Assembly (NCBI GenBank): GCA_037441845.1
Contig: JBBIRK010000002.1
Coordinates: 192,001-256,000, forward strand
Source: Candidatus Zixiibacteriota bacterium
GTDB lineage: Bacteria > Zixibacteria > MSB-5A5 > UBA10806 > 4484-95
Length of the DNA: 64,000 bases
Direction: 5' to 3'
Shown piece by piece: positions 29,427 to 38,674 of the stretch. The notes below the pieces were generated by a model, which saw only the letters and a list, made by a program, of their open reading frames with translations, did no database searches and was not told the origin of the DNA. Made by a program: the position numbers and the translations under genes. The stretch's first letter is position 1. The number at the start of each line of letters is the position of its first letter.

Positions 29427-31085
29427 TTATCTTTGCGGGGTGAGTTTGGCTTCGATATTCAGCCTCTTGCCCTTTTCCACGTAAATCCGTTTTTCGTAGG
29501 TCTTATACGACTCGAGGCTGATCGTGATCAAATGTCTGCCCGGAGCAAGTTTCGCAGGCGGACCGTTGGTTTTTCCATATTCCTTGAAATCTACCGCGAA
29601 AGTTCCGGTCGGCGTCGAACGCACGGTTACCAGGCCGTATTCCGAAAGTTCTTGGTCCGGATATCCCGCGGTCGTCGCCGCTGGTGACGATTGCGTTTTC
29701 GATTCCGTCGGCTGCTTCTCCGTCTTCTTATCCGATGATTTCGTATCGGCAGTCCGCGATCGACCGGATGAGACTCTATCGCCGGCCCGGGATACCTGTT
29801 TGCCCGCTATGGGCTTCGTTTGCTGCGGTTTTTCATCGACGAGGGATTCAGTCGTTTTCGACTCTGTCTTCACAGCCGCGGAATCCGCCGGCTTTCGCTT
29901 GCCACCCGCCAGGTATCCTATTCCGAGTATCAGCAAAATAACCGCTGCTGCAATCGCCAGACCAGCAAAAACGTAACCGATTCGCTTGAATTTGGATTCC
30001 TTCAACCCGGCGTCGATCACGATTTGTCCCGAACGCAGTTTGTCAAGGTAAGATTTGGCCATTTTATTGGCTCGATCGAACCGAAGCACGCTTTCGAATT
30101 CACGGGTCGCGTCGGCGAGCCGCCCATGTCCGAGATTCATCAGATAGAGCGCCTTTTCCGTGTGCTTGGCTATCCGGTCCGAACGCAATTTCTCCGTCGT
30201 GCGGATCGGATTCTTTATAAAATCGGTCATCAGTTTCCGCGGGGAGGGTATAACGAAATCTTTGAGTTCGTTTTCCAAATCCGTCACCAGCAAATCGGTG
30301 TCCTGATATCTGCCCTCGATATCTTTTTGCAGACACTTTCTCACGATCGCATCCAGCGACGAGGTGACATCGACCCGCAACTGCGACAAGTCGGGAACCG
30401 ACGCCGAAATTATATTGGTGATCATTTCCTGATAGGTTTCGCCTTTGAACGGTCTTTCTCCGATGATGATCTCGTAAAGCACTATCCCGAGCGAAAAAAT
30501 GTCGCAGCGATGGTCGATCGGCCTTCCGGCGGCCTGTTCCGGCGACATGTAGGCCGGCGATCCGATCATCTGGCCGGTGTCGGTGATCGAAAGATCGGTG
30601 TGGTCCTTGGCGATACCGAAATCGGTGATAAGTATGCGCCCGTCGGCCGACAGCATTATGTTGGCGGGCTTGATATCCCTGTGAATCAAACCGTTGCTGT
30701 GCGCGTATTTCAAGCCGCTGGCAACCTCCCGCCCGATCAGCAGAGCCACTTCGAGAGGAAGGCGTTTCAGGCGGGTCATCATCTGTTTCAGGTTCTGACC
30801 CTCGATATACTCCATCGCTATGAAATACTCGCCGTCGGCCGAACCGTAGTCTATGATCGAAACGATATTTTCCTGATTAAGTGTCGCCGCCCGCTTGGCT
30901 TCTTTCTCGAATCGTGCGACGAAATTTTCGTTGGCCGTCAGATGACGATGCATCACTTTGAGCGCCACCGGCCGCTCGAGCGAAAGCTGCGTGGCTTTAT
31001 AAATGCTGGCCATGCCGCCGCTGCCGATCAACTCGATCACTTCGAAATTGGCTATCCGCTTTCGCGCCTCAACCGCTATCGGCAT
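29427..31085 (-). CDS. Hanks-type Ser/Thr protein kinase with TM and C-terminal PEGA-like domain
   Basis: GSGGMA, VALK, HRDIKPAN, DFG, YMSPE; TPR-like helix pair, TM, low-complexity linker, PEGA-like end. Confidence 0.92.
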   Translation of the reverse strand: MPIAVEARKRIANFEVIELIGSGGMASIYKATQLSLERPVALKVMHRHLTANENFVARFEKEAKRAATLNQENIVSIIDYGSADGEYFIAMEYIEGQNLKQMMTRLKRLPLEVALLIGREVASGLKYAHSNGLIHRDIKPANIMLSADGRILITDFGIAKDHTDLSITDTGQMIGSPAYMSPEQAAGRPIDHRCDIFSLGIVLYEIIIGERPFKGETYQEMITNIISASVPDLSQLRVDVTSSLDAIVRKCLQKDIEGRYQDTDLLVTDLENELKDFVIPSPRKLMTDFIKNPIRTTEKLRSDRIAKHTEKALYLMNLGHGRLADATREFESVLRFDRANKMAKSYLDKLRSGQIVIDAGLKESKFKRIGYVFAGLAIAAAVILLILGIGYLAGGKRKPADSAAVKTESKTTESLVDEKPQQTKPIAGKQVSRAGDRVSSGRSRTADTKSSDKKTEKQPTESKTQSSPAATTAGYPDQELSEYGLVTVRSTPTGTFAVDFKEYGKTNGPPAKLAPGRHLITISLESYKTYEKRIYVEKGKRLNIEAKLTPQR

Positions 31086-31237
31086 GAACTAATGATTCCT
31101 CCATTCACCGGAATTCCGCATTTTGACGTAATGCGCCCCTATACTCGGGCCTATATCGCTTTTATCGACAACAAAACGGCCTTAGCTTAACCCGGCTGTA
31201 ACAACTATCGCTATGGAAATCGATTTTCAGTATGTGC

Positions 31238-31954
31238 TCAAGGGGAAAGCGACCGGAGAAATCTTTCGGTATGCAATGCCGTGCGCTCGTCACCTATCCG
31301 GCGAAGACACTCGATATCGCTTATGAGTTGGTTCAATCCTATAGCCGAACTGACCTCGTAGGACAGCTCCAACTCTTGTAAGTCGATACTTCGGCGGGCG
31401 AGATTTTCCCGGATTTGAACATATTGCCCGCACTGGCCGGTAAGCCCCTCGAATATCTCCGGCTGCGGACTGGACAGTCCAAAAAGGTAATAGCTGCCCT
31501 CGAACGTCGGACCGATCACCGCCGTATGTTTTTTAAGTAAAATGAACGTCGCTTTCAACATCGATGACGTCAGCATGGGACAGCAGGACCGCGCCACGGC
31601 CACATTCCGAAATCCTCTCTCGAAACCCCAGTCGAAAGCGCTTTTTGCTCCGATCTTCCCGGCGCCGACCGTATCGCCGATTAATTGAACCCGCGGCAAG
31701 CGGCGCTTAATGCCCGCGTTTTGTTCCTCGCGCCCGAACAATTCGAGCATCTCGCTTACTTTCTCGTTCTCTTTTTCACTATTGGTGTGGATCGCAAAAT
31801 CACTCTCCGGAACCGTCAGGCAAATCGCCAGGGTATCGAACAACATCGCCCGGTAAAGATAGCCGGCTTTTTTTAATCCGAGGATTCCCGCAATCCCGTC
31901 CGCCGCCGACCCCTCGATTTCGTTATGCATTATTATAATGATATTTCTTTTCAT
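31238..31954 (-). CDS. DUF2064 (CofC/glycosyltransferase-like) protein, divergent
   Basis: LYRAMLFDTL and VIGPTFEGSYYLFGL resemble the family GP..DGGYYLIG motif. Confidence 0.65.
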   Translation of the reverse strand: MKRNIIIIMHNEIEGSAADGIAGILGLKKAGYLYRAMLFDTLAICLTVPESDFAIHTNSEKENEKVSEMLELFGREEQNAGIKRRLPRVQLIGDTVGAGKIGAKSAFDWGFERGFRNVAVARSCCPMLTSSMLKATFILLKKHTAVIGPTFEGSYYLFGLSSPQPEIFEGLTGQCGQYVQIRENLARRSIDLQELELSYEVSSAIGLNQLISDIECLRRIGDERTALHTERFLRSLSP

Positions 31955-32071
31955 TATGACGCCCGATCGAACACGACCGCATCAACCAAGGCGAATTTAT
32001 AAAATGAAAATTGATTTCGCAATATCAAGTAATGATTGAAAATTAAAAAGAGACGATACGGTTGTTTCGGC

Positions 32072-32899
32072 TCACCGGCCTTGCCCGGCCAGCATCAAGA
32101 GCCGTTCGTGAGAACAGCCGCCCACGAGATAGTATTCGCTTCCGTCTTTATGCCAGGAGATATATTTCGTCTTGCCATGTCCGCCCCGGCGATACAGGTA
32201 TTCCCCACAGGCGATCGCAAACGTTCCCCCGGCCGAACGACACATCCCGGGCACCATAAAAAGCATATATTGGGCCGAATCGGCTGCGTAAATCGCGCAG
32301 GTGGATTTCCCATCGCCCAATTCCAACACGCAGGCGCCCGTTAATTCTATGCCGGGTCCGAAATCGCCCGGCACGTTTACTCGTTGCCCGAGCTTCCGGA
32401 AAAAAAACTCTCCTGCCTCGTGAGGATTATTCGTTCTCACCCCGTCGTCGGGAAACTCCTGCCGGTACTCCTCATATTCGTGCAAGATATCCAAAGCCGG
32501 ATCGGAATTGCCGCCGAAATGACGACTGCGTGCGGCGAATACGAAAAACACGATCGCTGCCGCCATAGTAATCACACCTGCCAAACCAACCCGGTCGTTG
32601 AAAAACCGATCGAGAAAAACCCGCCCCGATATTCCTCCCGCGGCGTAGGCGTTATCCAAAGCATCGATAACCCTTTCGCGCAGTTTCACCGGAGCCGACC
32701 CGCGATTCACCGCTTCGGCGACTTTTTCCTTAAGATTCGCCAATCCCCAAAAAGCCGATTCGCAATTGGGACAGCGGCCAAGATGGTCGTCCACGAAACG
32801 CCGCCGATACTCCGACAGCTCATCATCGAGGCGCAGGTGCAAAAGCCTTTCATCGAAAAGACATTCCGAATAGCTATCTTTCCCGGTCTCCTCGATCAT
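32072..32899 (-). CDS. Anti-sigma factor-like protein (zf-HC2, TM, periplasmic domain)
   Basis: LDDEL...HLGRCPNC, AP..LRERV, one TM. Confidence 0.8.
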   Translation of the reverse strand: MIEETGKDSYSECLFDERLLHLRLDDELSEYRRRFVDDHLGRCPNCESAFWGLANLKEKVAEAVNRGSAPVKLRERVIDALDNAYAAGGISGRVFLDRFFNDRVGLAGVITMAAAIVFFVFAARSRHFGGNSDPALDILHEYEEYRQEFPDDGVRTNNPHEAGEFFFRKLGQRVNVPGDFGPGIELTGACVLELGDGKSTCAIYAADSAQYMLFMVPGMCRSAGGTFAIACGEYLYRRGGHGKTKYISWHKDGSEYYLVGGCSHERLLMLAGQGR

Positions 32900-32930
32900 A
32901 TCCTTTTCCCGATACCGCTCGAACGCTCCC

Positions 32931-33656
32931 TCATCCGAAATTCAGCCAGGGAAACCAATCCGACAAGACCGCCGACAAATATCCGAGCGATCCGCTGAAA
33001 ATCAACACGCCTATTGCTATGAGCAGCACGCCGCCGGTTATTTCCACCGCACGGAAATGCTTCTTAATCACCGTGGAGACTGAGGCGAAAGCGTTGAACG
33101 CCATCGCCGTGAGCAAAAACGGTATCGCCAGCCCCGCCGAATAAAACGCCAGAAGCAGAATTCCTCTGCCGACCGTCTCTTCGGCAGCCGCCAGCGCCAA
33201 GATCGCCGCCAGAATCGGTCCGATACAAGGAGTCCAACCGAACGCGAAAGCGAACCCCATGAAAAACGAACCGATCAGCCCTATTTTTTTTGATCCTATA
33301 TGAATTCTTTTCTCGTAATTGAGCCATTTGAATCTATAAAGACCCAGAAAATGAATTCCCAGTATGATTATCAATATCCCGCCGATCTTGCTGATTATCC
33401 CCGAATAATCCCGCAGAATCGAGGAAACGAACGTGGCCGAGGCCCCCAGCGCGATAAACACCACCGAAAACCCGAGCACGAACAGAAGCGAATTAAGCAG
33501 CACCTGCCGGTTTATCCTGCGCTCTTGATTCCGCAGCTCCTCGATCGTCAAGCCCGATATGAACGATAGATAACCCGGAACTATCGGCAACACGCACGGT
33601 GAAATGAACGACAAAATCCCCGCTCCGAATGCAGTTATAAGGCTGACATCCCCCAT
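32931..33656 (-). CDS. ccdA: CcdA-family thiol:disulfide membrane electron transporter
   Basis: SFISPCVLPIVPGY and FGWTPCIGPIL; 6 TM. Confidence 0.93.
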   Translation of the reverse strand: MGDVSLITAFGAGILSFISPCVLPIVPGYLSFISGLTIEELRNQERRINRQVLLNSLLFVLGFSVVFIALGASATFVSSILRDYSGIISKIGGILIIILGIHFLGLYRFKWLNYEKRIHIGSKKIGLIGSFFMGFAFAFGWTPCIGPILAAILALAAAEETVGRGILLLAFYSAGLAIPFLLTAMAFNAFASVSTVIKKHFRAVEITGGVLLIAIGVLIFSGSLGYLSAVLSDWFPWLNFG

Positions 33657-33680
33657 ATTTCTCCCTTCGCAATTATGTTA

Positions 33681-33707
33681 AACGCCATGCCGTCCGCAGT
33701 CAGTTCC
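33681..33707 (-). promoter_or_regulatory. Candidate ECF promoter of ccdA-antisigma
   Basis: GGAAC-N19-GTT shortly upstream of the ccdA SD. Confidence 0.4.
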
Positions 33708-33785
33708 GCCATATGAATAATAATCGCCCTATATATAGCACTTCTCCGATTGGAAAAACAAATAAATGATGTCGGTCGCCTGCGG

Positions 33786-34808
33786 CTATGGTCGGATCAC
33801 CGAGCTTATTATTTGTTTGATTTCTTCGACCGATAGTTTTTCGATAATTTTTCGGGCGAGCTTCTCCGAAATCGCCTCGGCCAACCGGTCGATATCGGCG
33901 CCGACCCGGTCCGCCGTTTTCTCTTTCGGAATCAACCCGGCGTCCCTCTTGAATTCATCGAGAAACTCCCTATACTTCCCTTCATCTTCCGAAACGGATA
34001 ATCCGATATCGCCATAAGACATCGGCGGCGGGACGGAAGCCTGAACCGCGGGCCCCGCCTGCGGCGGAACCGCCGGCGTCTCCTCCGGTTTCGATTTTTC
34101 TATCTCCCGTTTCATTTCGTCGATAAACCAGCTGTAATCTTCCGGCACGTTTCGTTTGGCGGCAGGCCGCGTGACATCGGGGTTGGTCAGACCGTATTGG
34201 TCCGATTCTATCATCAAACTCGAATCGTCGAGATTGATTTTCCGCGACGCCTCTCTGAAATCCGCGGATTTATCCGTCAACGATTCCCAATCGAGATTGA
34301 AAGGCGCACCCATTTGTTTCTCCTTATCCGGAATATCTCTGGCGAAATCGGCTTGATTTTGCGATTGCTCCGCATCGGCCTTTTTCAGTCGCGGGCCGTC
34401 TTCGCTTTCCTGATCCACTATCCGGGTGACCCGCAACGAATCGGAAACGCCCAAAAATCTTTGCACGGCCCCGAGTAATTCTCCGGCCGCGAAAGGCTTG
34501 TTGATCTTCCCCCGGGCGCCGCAAAGATTGATTTTATCCAAATACGCTTCGTCTTTCTGCCCGACCAAAAACAGCACCGGTATCCCACCGGTCAAAGGAT
34601 CATGGTTTAATTTCTTGCATAATTCGATACCGTCCATTCCGGGCAGACCGAGACCGCTGATTATCAAGTCGGGTTGCTCGGTCCTGGCGAATTCAGCAGC
34701 CGTAAGACCGTCGTCAATACAAGTTACGTCGTAGCCGCCCTGCCGCAAAATCGAATCGGCCATACCCGCCAGCGTAGCCGATGACTCCACGATCATGATT
34801 TTTTTCAT
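33786..34808 (-). CDS. Atypical response regulator (receiver lacking the phospho-Asp, disordered linker, C-terminal helix)
   Basis: KKIMIVESS, PDLIISGLGLPGMDG, KPF. Confidence 0.8.
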   Translation of the reverse strand: MKKIMIVESSATLAGMADSILRQGGYDVTCIDDGLTAAEFARTEQPDLIISGLGLPGMDGIELCKKLNHDPLTGGIPVLFLVGQKDEAYLDKINLCGARGKINKPFAAGELLGAVQRFLGVSDSLRVTRIVDQESEDGPRLKKADAEQSQNQADFARDIPDKEKQMGAPFNLDWESLTDKSADFREASRKINLDDSSLMIESDQYGLTNPDVTRPAAKRNVPEDYSWFIDEMKREIEKSKPEETPAVPPQAGPAVQASVPPPMSYGDIGLSVSEDEGKYREFLDEFKRDAGLIPKEKTADRVGADIDRLAEAISEKLARKIIEKLSVEEIKQIISSVIRP

Positions 34809-34868
34809 TTTCCGGCCACCTTCCATCAACCGATCGTCCGCCGACAGACTTTTCGGCGGCGCCGACTT

Positions 34869-35663
34869 TCATTTCTTGGCCAGCCGATTCGAGGCTTCTT
34901 CGAGCACCTTTTTTTCGTGGCGCGTCAAGTTATCGTAACCGACTTTGTTGATCTTATCCAAAATGGCGTCGACTTCTTCCATCAGGCGGTGTTCCTTTTC
35001 CACCTCGCGCCAGTGCCGTTCCATTTTCTTGCGATTGAAATAGCGCCTTATTCCCGAACCGAACCCGCCCAGCCGCCAGCCGCTTTTCAAATAAAGATAA
35101 CCCACCAGCATTCCGCCCAGATGGGCGAAATGCGCCACATGGCTGTTGGGATTCATCGATAAAATGAACTCCAGCACCGCCATACCGATAACCATGTATT
35201 TGGCGGGAACCGGTATCAGAAAATACAAATAAATCAATCTATCCGGGTAGGTGATCGCGAACGCGGCCAGAATACCGTATATCGCTCCCGATGCGCCCAC
35301 TATGGGGATCGTCGAGTTCGGCTGAAACGCCACGTTGAACAAACCGCCGCCGACACCGCAAATCAGGTAATACTTCAAAAAGGCTCCGCTTCCCCATTCC
35401 CGCTCCAGATCCGATCCGAACATCCATAGAATGAACATGTTCATCAGTATATGCATCAAGCCGCCGTGAAGAAACATATAGGTGAAAAGCTGCCAGACGA
35501 AAAACTTGCTCCAGACCAATCGGGGAACCAGCCCGAGCAGCACGCTGAAATCGATCGGAGACAGCAACAGCAAAAGGTAAACTGCCGCATTAGCCAAAAG
35601 CAATGTTTTGACCACCGGCGGCACCAGGCCATAGCCCGATGAATATCCTCTGAAACCATTCAT
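34869..35663 (-). CDS. Rhomboid intramembrane serine protease
   Basis: TYMFLHG..HI..NM, GASG, AHLGG; C-terminal VDAILDKI...GY..LT tail. Confidence 0.93.
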   Translation of the reverse strand: MNGFRGYSSGYGLVPPVVKTLLLANAAVYLLLLLSPIDFSVLLGLVPRLVWSKFFVWQLFTYMFLHGGLMHILMNMFILWMFGSDLEREWGSGAFLKYYLICGVGGGLFNVAFQPNSTIPIVGASGAIYGILAAFAITYPDRLIYLYFLIPVPAKYMVIGMAVLEFILSMNPNSHVAHFAHLGGMLVGYLYLKSGWRLGGFGSGIRRYFNRKKMERHWREVEKEHRLMEEVDAILDKINKVGYDNLTRHEKKVLEEASNRLAKK

Positions 35664-35683
35664 AAAATTTATCGCCCTATCGG

Positions 35684-36130
35684 CTACTTATGAATCGCCC
35701 ACTTATAACTTAGGCGGCACGATTTCTCGAGCATCGCCGCCACCGAACAATATTTTTCCAGCGAAAGATCCACCGCCCAGCGGACTTCCTCATCCTCCAC
35801 ATCGGGACTCCAAAGATCGAACATTATATTCACCGCTTCCAGAACCTGCGGTGGGTTTGAGGCGCGTTCGCCGTGCAGCGTTATCGTCAAATCGTCGATC
35901 GTGCGCCTTTTCCTTCCCAAAATCGTCACCAGGTCCATGCCGATACACCCGCCCAACGCGGCAAGCACCGCCTCCATCGGCCTGGCCCCCTGATTCTGCC
36001 CGCCATGCTCCACCGCCGCGTCGAACACCAATTTATTACCCGAACCGGTCTTGGCGGTGAATTTCAATCCCTTGTTCCAGCTCAATTCGGCATCGACAAG
36101 TTTCGGAATCTTGACATATATACCCTTCAC
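35684..36130 (-). CDS. OsmC family protein
   Basis: PME..L.ALGGC...D and EKYCSV; GTG start with SD AGGAG. Confidence 0.88.
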   Translation of the reverse strand: MKGIYVKIPKLVDAELSWNKGLKFTAKTGSGNKLVFDAAVEHGGQNQGARPMEAVLAALGGCIGMDLVTILGRKRRTIDDLTITLHGERASNPPQVLEAVNIMFDLWSPDVEDEEVRWAVDLSLEKYCSVAAMLEKSCRLSYKWAIHK

Positions 36131-36296
36131 GCTCGCTCCTATCCTGTTTGACGCCAATATATACCATCGGCAGAAATGCCGCAAGCTTTTCCACGATCAC
36201 CGATTATCTTCGGATTTGACACAAAACGCCCGCCGAAAACCCCATCAATTCGATATCCGGCGGGCGAAATAAGTTAATATAATCGTCTATCGGTCT

Positions 36297-36713
36297 TCAA
36301 GTTCCGACCAATTTCAGATGCTCTTTCAGCATGCACCGATCCATCACCACCCGGATACCGGCCTGATCGGCTTTCCGAGCCGCGGCAAAATTAACCACAC
36401 CCTCCTGAAACCAAATCACCGATGCGCCGATTTTCTTGGCTTCATCCACTATCGGCTCCACCGTATCCGCCCTGCGAAATATATCGACGACATCGACTTT
36501 TCCGGGCACCGATAATAAGTCAGGATACGACTTTTCGCCGAGGATCTCCGCGGCATTGGGATTCACCGGCACGATCTTGAACCCCACCTTTTGCAGATAT
36601 TGCGCCACTCTGAACGATGGCCTATCCGATTTATCGGAAAGTCCCACCACGGCGATACGATTCCCCGGCCTTAAAGCCTCTCGTATATCTTCCCCCCGAG
36701 CGTAATCGGTCAT
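36297..36713 (-). CDS. CoA-binding protein (YccU-like)
   Basis: IAVVGLS...RPS, PVNP, VDVVDIFR, WFQEG, MDRC. Confidence 0.9.
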   Translation of the reverse strand: MTDYARGEDIREALRPGNRIAVVGLSDKSDRPSFRVAQYLQKVGFKIVPVNPNAAEILGEKSYPDLLSVPGKVDVVDIFRRADTVEPIVDEAKKIGASVIWFQEGVVNFAAARKADQAGIRVVMDRCMLKEHLKLVGT

Positions 36714-37051
36714 GATTGCAATACTTTATCGATATGCTTGACGAGTTCTTTTTTCGGAGCGGCGCCCACCATCGTGGATATCACCTCGCCGTTCTTGAAA
36801 AACATCACCGTCGGAATCGATAGAATGCGATAGCGCTGGGCTATCGATCCGTAGGCATCGACATCCAGTTTGCCGACTTTCAACTTGCCGCTGTATTCGG
36901 TGGCAATTTCCTTCACTATGGGCGCGATCATTTTGCACGGTCCGCACCATTCGGCCCAGAAATCTATCATCACCGGCACATTCGATTTCAATACTTCCGT
37001 TTCGAAATTTTGATCGGTGATTGTCAGTAAGTCATTCGATGTTTCAGCCAT
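36710..37051 (-). CDS. trxA: Thioredoxin
   Basis: DFWAEWCGPC, SIPT. Confidence 0.96.
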   Translation of the reverse strand: MAETSNDLLTITDQNFETEVLKSNVPVMIDFWAEWCGPCKMIAPIVKEIATEYSGKLKVGKLDVDAYGSIAQRYRILSIPTVMFFKNGEVISTMVGAAPKKELVKHIDKVLQS

Positions 37052-37109
37052 TGCTTTTCTCCTCACCAAAAAATTGACTATTGCTTTTCCCTAATAACGG
37101 CAGGATAAG

Positions 37110-38150
37110 TCAAACGGTTCCTGATCGATTTTTCGCTTCGAGTTCGGCGATTTTACGCTCGAGGTCGCGGATCCGCTGAATATACTGGGGAAGATTACTG
37201 ATTATGGCCTCGATCCGGTGCGCCGTCAACATCTCCCGGGCCGGGTAGCCGAACACTTTCGTTCCCGGCGGAATATCCCCGTGAACCCCCGATTGAGCCT
37301 CGACCAGCGCCCCGTCCCCGATCGTCAAATGACCGGCGATCCCAACCTGTCCTGCAAGCGTGACTCCACGGCCCAAAATACTGGTGCCTGCAAGTCCGGC
37401 TTGCGCACAAATAATGCTTCCCGCCCCGATACGGCAATTATGCGCTATCTGCACCAGGTTGTCGATTATGCAACCGGTGCCTATACGGGTTTCGCCGATA
37501 GTGGCGCGATCTATAGTGGTGCAAGCACCTATCTCCACGTCGTCCTCGATCACCACGGTCCCGGCTTGAGGAATTTTAACGAATCCGTTCTTGCTTCGCG
37601 CATAGCCGAAACCATCGGAACCGATGACCGCTCCGGCGTAAATAACCACTCGATTCCCTATCACCACATTGTGCATTATGACCGCGTTGGGATAGATAAA
37701 ACAATCGTCGCCTATAACTGCGTTGTCGCCTATATACACCCCGGCGTGAATCACGCACCGCTTGCCGATCCGCGATTTCATGCCCACCACGGCGTTCGGC
37801 CCTATATAAACATCCGTGGCGATTTCGGCCGATGCGTCGATCCGCGTGCCCGCCTGTATCCCCGATGGCGGCCGTCGATGATCCGGATAGAACAAACGCA
37901 TTGCCAGAGCGAATCCGAGATACGGGTCGTCCATCACCAGAAGACTGTGTTTCGGCGATTCCAAACCCGGCGGAACGATCAGCGCCGCGCAAGGACATTC
38001 ATCGATCTTTTTCTTGTATTTCCTGCTGGAAACAAACGACAGCGTTCCGGGCTTCGGATCGTCCAACGTCGAAAGATCGGCGATATCGATATCCCCGCCT
38101 TGCATCCGTGCGCCGATTTTTTCGGCTATTTGCGACAGCTTCAAAATCAT
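37110..38150 (-). CDS. lpxD: UDP-3-O-acylglucosamine N-acyltransferase
   Basis: Hexapeptide repeats, [22 protein letters not shown]. Confidence 0.96.
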   Translation of the reverse strand: MILKLSQIAEKIGARMQGGDIDIADLSTLDDPKPGTLSFVSSRKYKKKIDECPCAALIVPPGLESPKHSLLVMDDPYLGFALAMRLFYPDHRRPPSGIQAGTRIDASAEIATDVYIGPNAVVGMKSRIGKRCVIHAGVYIGDNAVIGDDCFIYPNAVIMHNVVIGNRVVIYAGAVIGSDGFGYARSKNGFVKIPQAGTVVIEDDVEIGACTTIDRATIGETRIGTGCIIDNLVQIAHNCRIGAGSIICAQAGLAGTSILGRGVTLAGQVGIAGHLTIGDGALVEAQSGVHGDIPPGTKVFGYPAREMLTAHRIEAIISNLPQYIQRIRDLERKIAELEAKNRSGTV

Positions 38151-38671
38151 TTCTGCTGTTCTGCCATCTCCGCCAACACTTCATCGGTGAGATCCAGACT
38201 CTTCTTGGCATAGGCGATATTCACCGTGCCGGCATCCAGAACTATACTGTAATTATTTTCAATCGCCACCTTCTCGATAATCTCGAGAATTTTATCGCGG
38301 ATAGGTTTGGACAGCTCGGCCATTCGCTTTTCCGCTTTGCCGTCTGCTCCGAACGTGGCATTGAGAAATTGATTGAGCGTATCCTGCTTGCTTGCCAAAG
38401 CCTGTTCCTTTTCCTTCTTTTTCTCAGCAGAGAGAATCAAGGATTGGCCTTCCAGCTCTTTTTGCATCGTCTCGATTTCTTTGCGCATCTGTTCGGCTTG
38501 AGCGTTCCAAGCCTCGAGCTCTTTGTCGAACTTGGCCTGGGCGTCCCGATACTCCTGCGATTGCGCGAATATCCTCTGCGAATCGATATAGCCTATCTTG
38601 ACTTCCTGAGCGTTCGCCAGAGCGCCCAAAACTACGACAGAAAACAACAAAGTCAGTTTTCTCATTTTCAC
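38147..38671 (-). CDS. skp: Periplasmic chaperone Skp/OmpH
   Basis: [10 protein letters not shown], coiled coil, DLTDEVL; between bamA and lpxD. Confidence 0.93.
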   Translation of the reverse strand: MKMRKLTLLFSVVVLGALANAQEVKIGYIDSQRIFAQSQEYRDAQAKFDKELEAWNAQAEQMRKEIETMQKELEGQSLILSAEKKKEKEQALASKQDTLNQFLNATFGADGKAEKRMAELSKPIRDKILEIIEKVAIENNYSIVLDAGTVNIAYAKKSLDLTDEVLAEMAEQQK

Positions 38672-38674
38672 TCC

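Noticed and set aside
29820..31190. Long plus-strand ORFs (this 456-aa one; also 37218-38213, 56515-57768) and minus-strand 47894-48976
   Set aside because: Antisense shadows of well-supported genes, with no recognisable motifs.
37050..37090. 10-bp direct repeat ATTGCTTTTC upstream of trxA
   Set aside because: Only two short copies; cannot be distinguished from chance.
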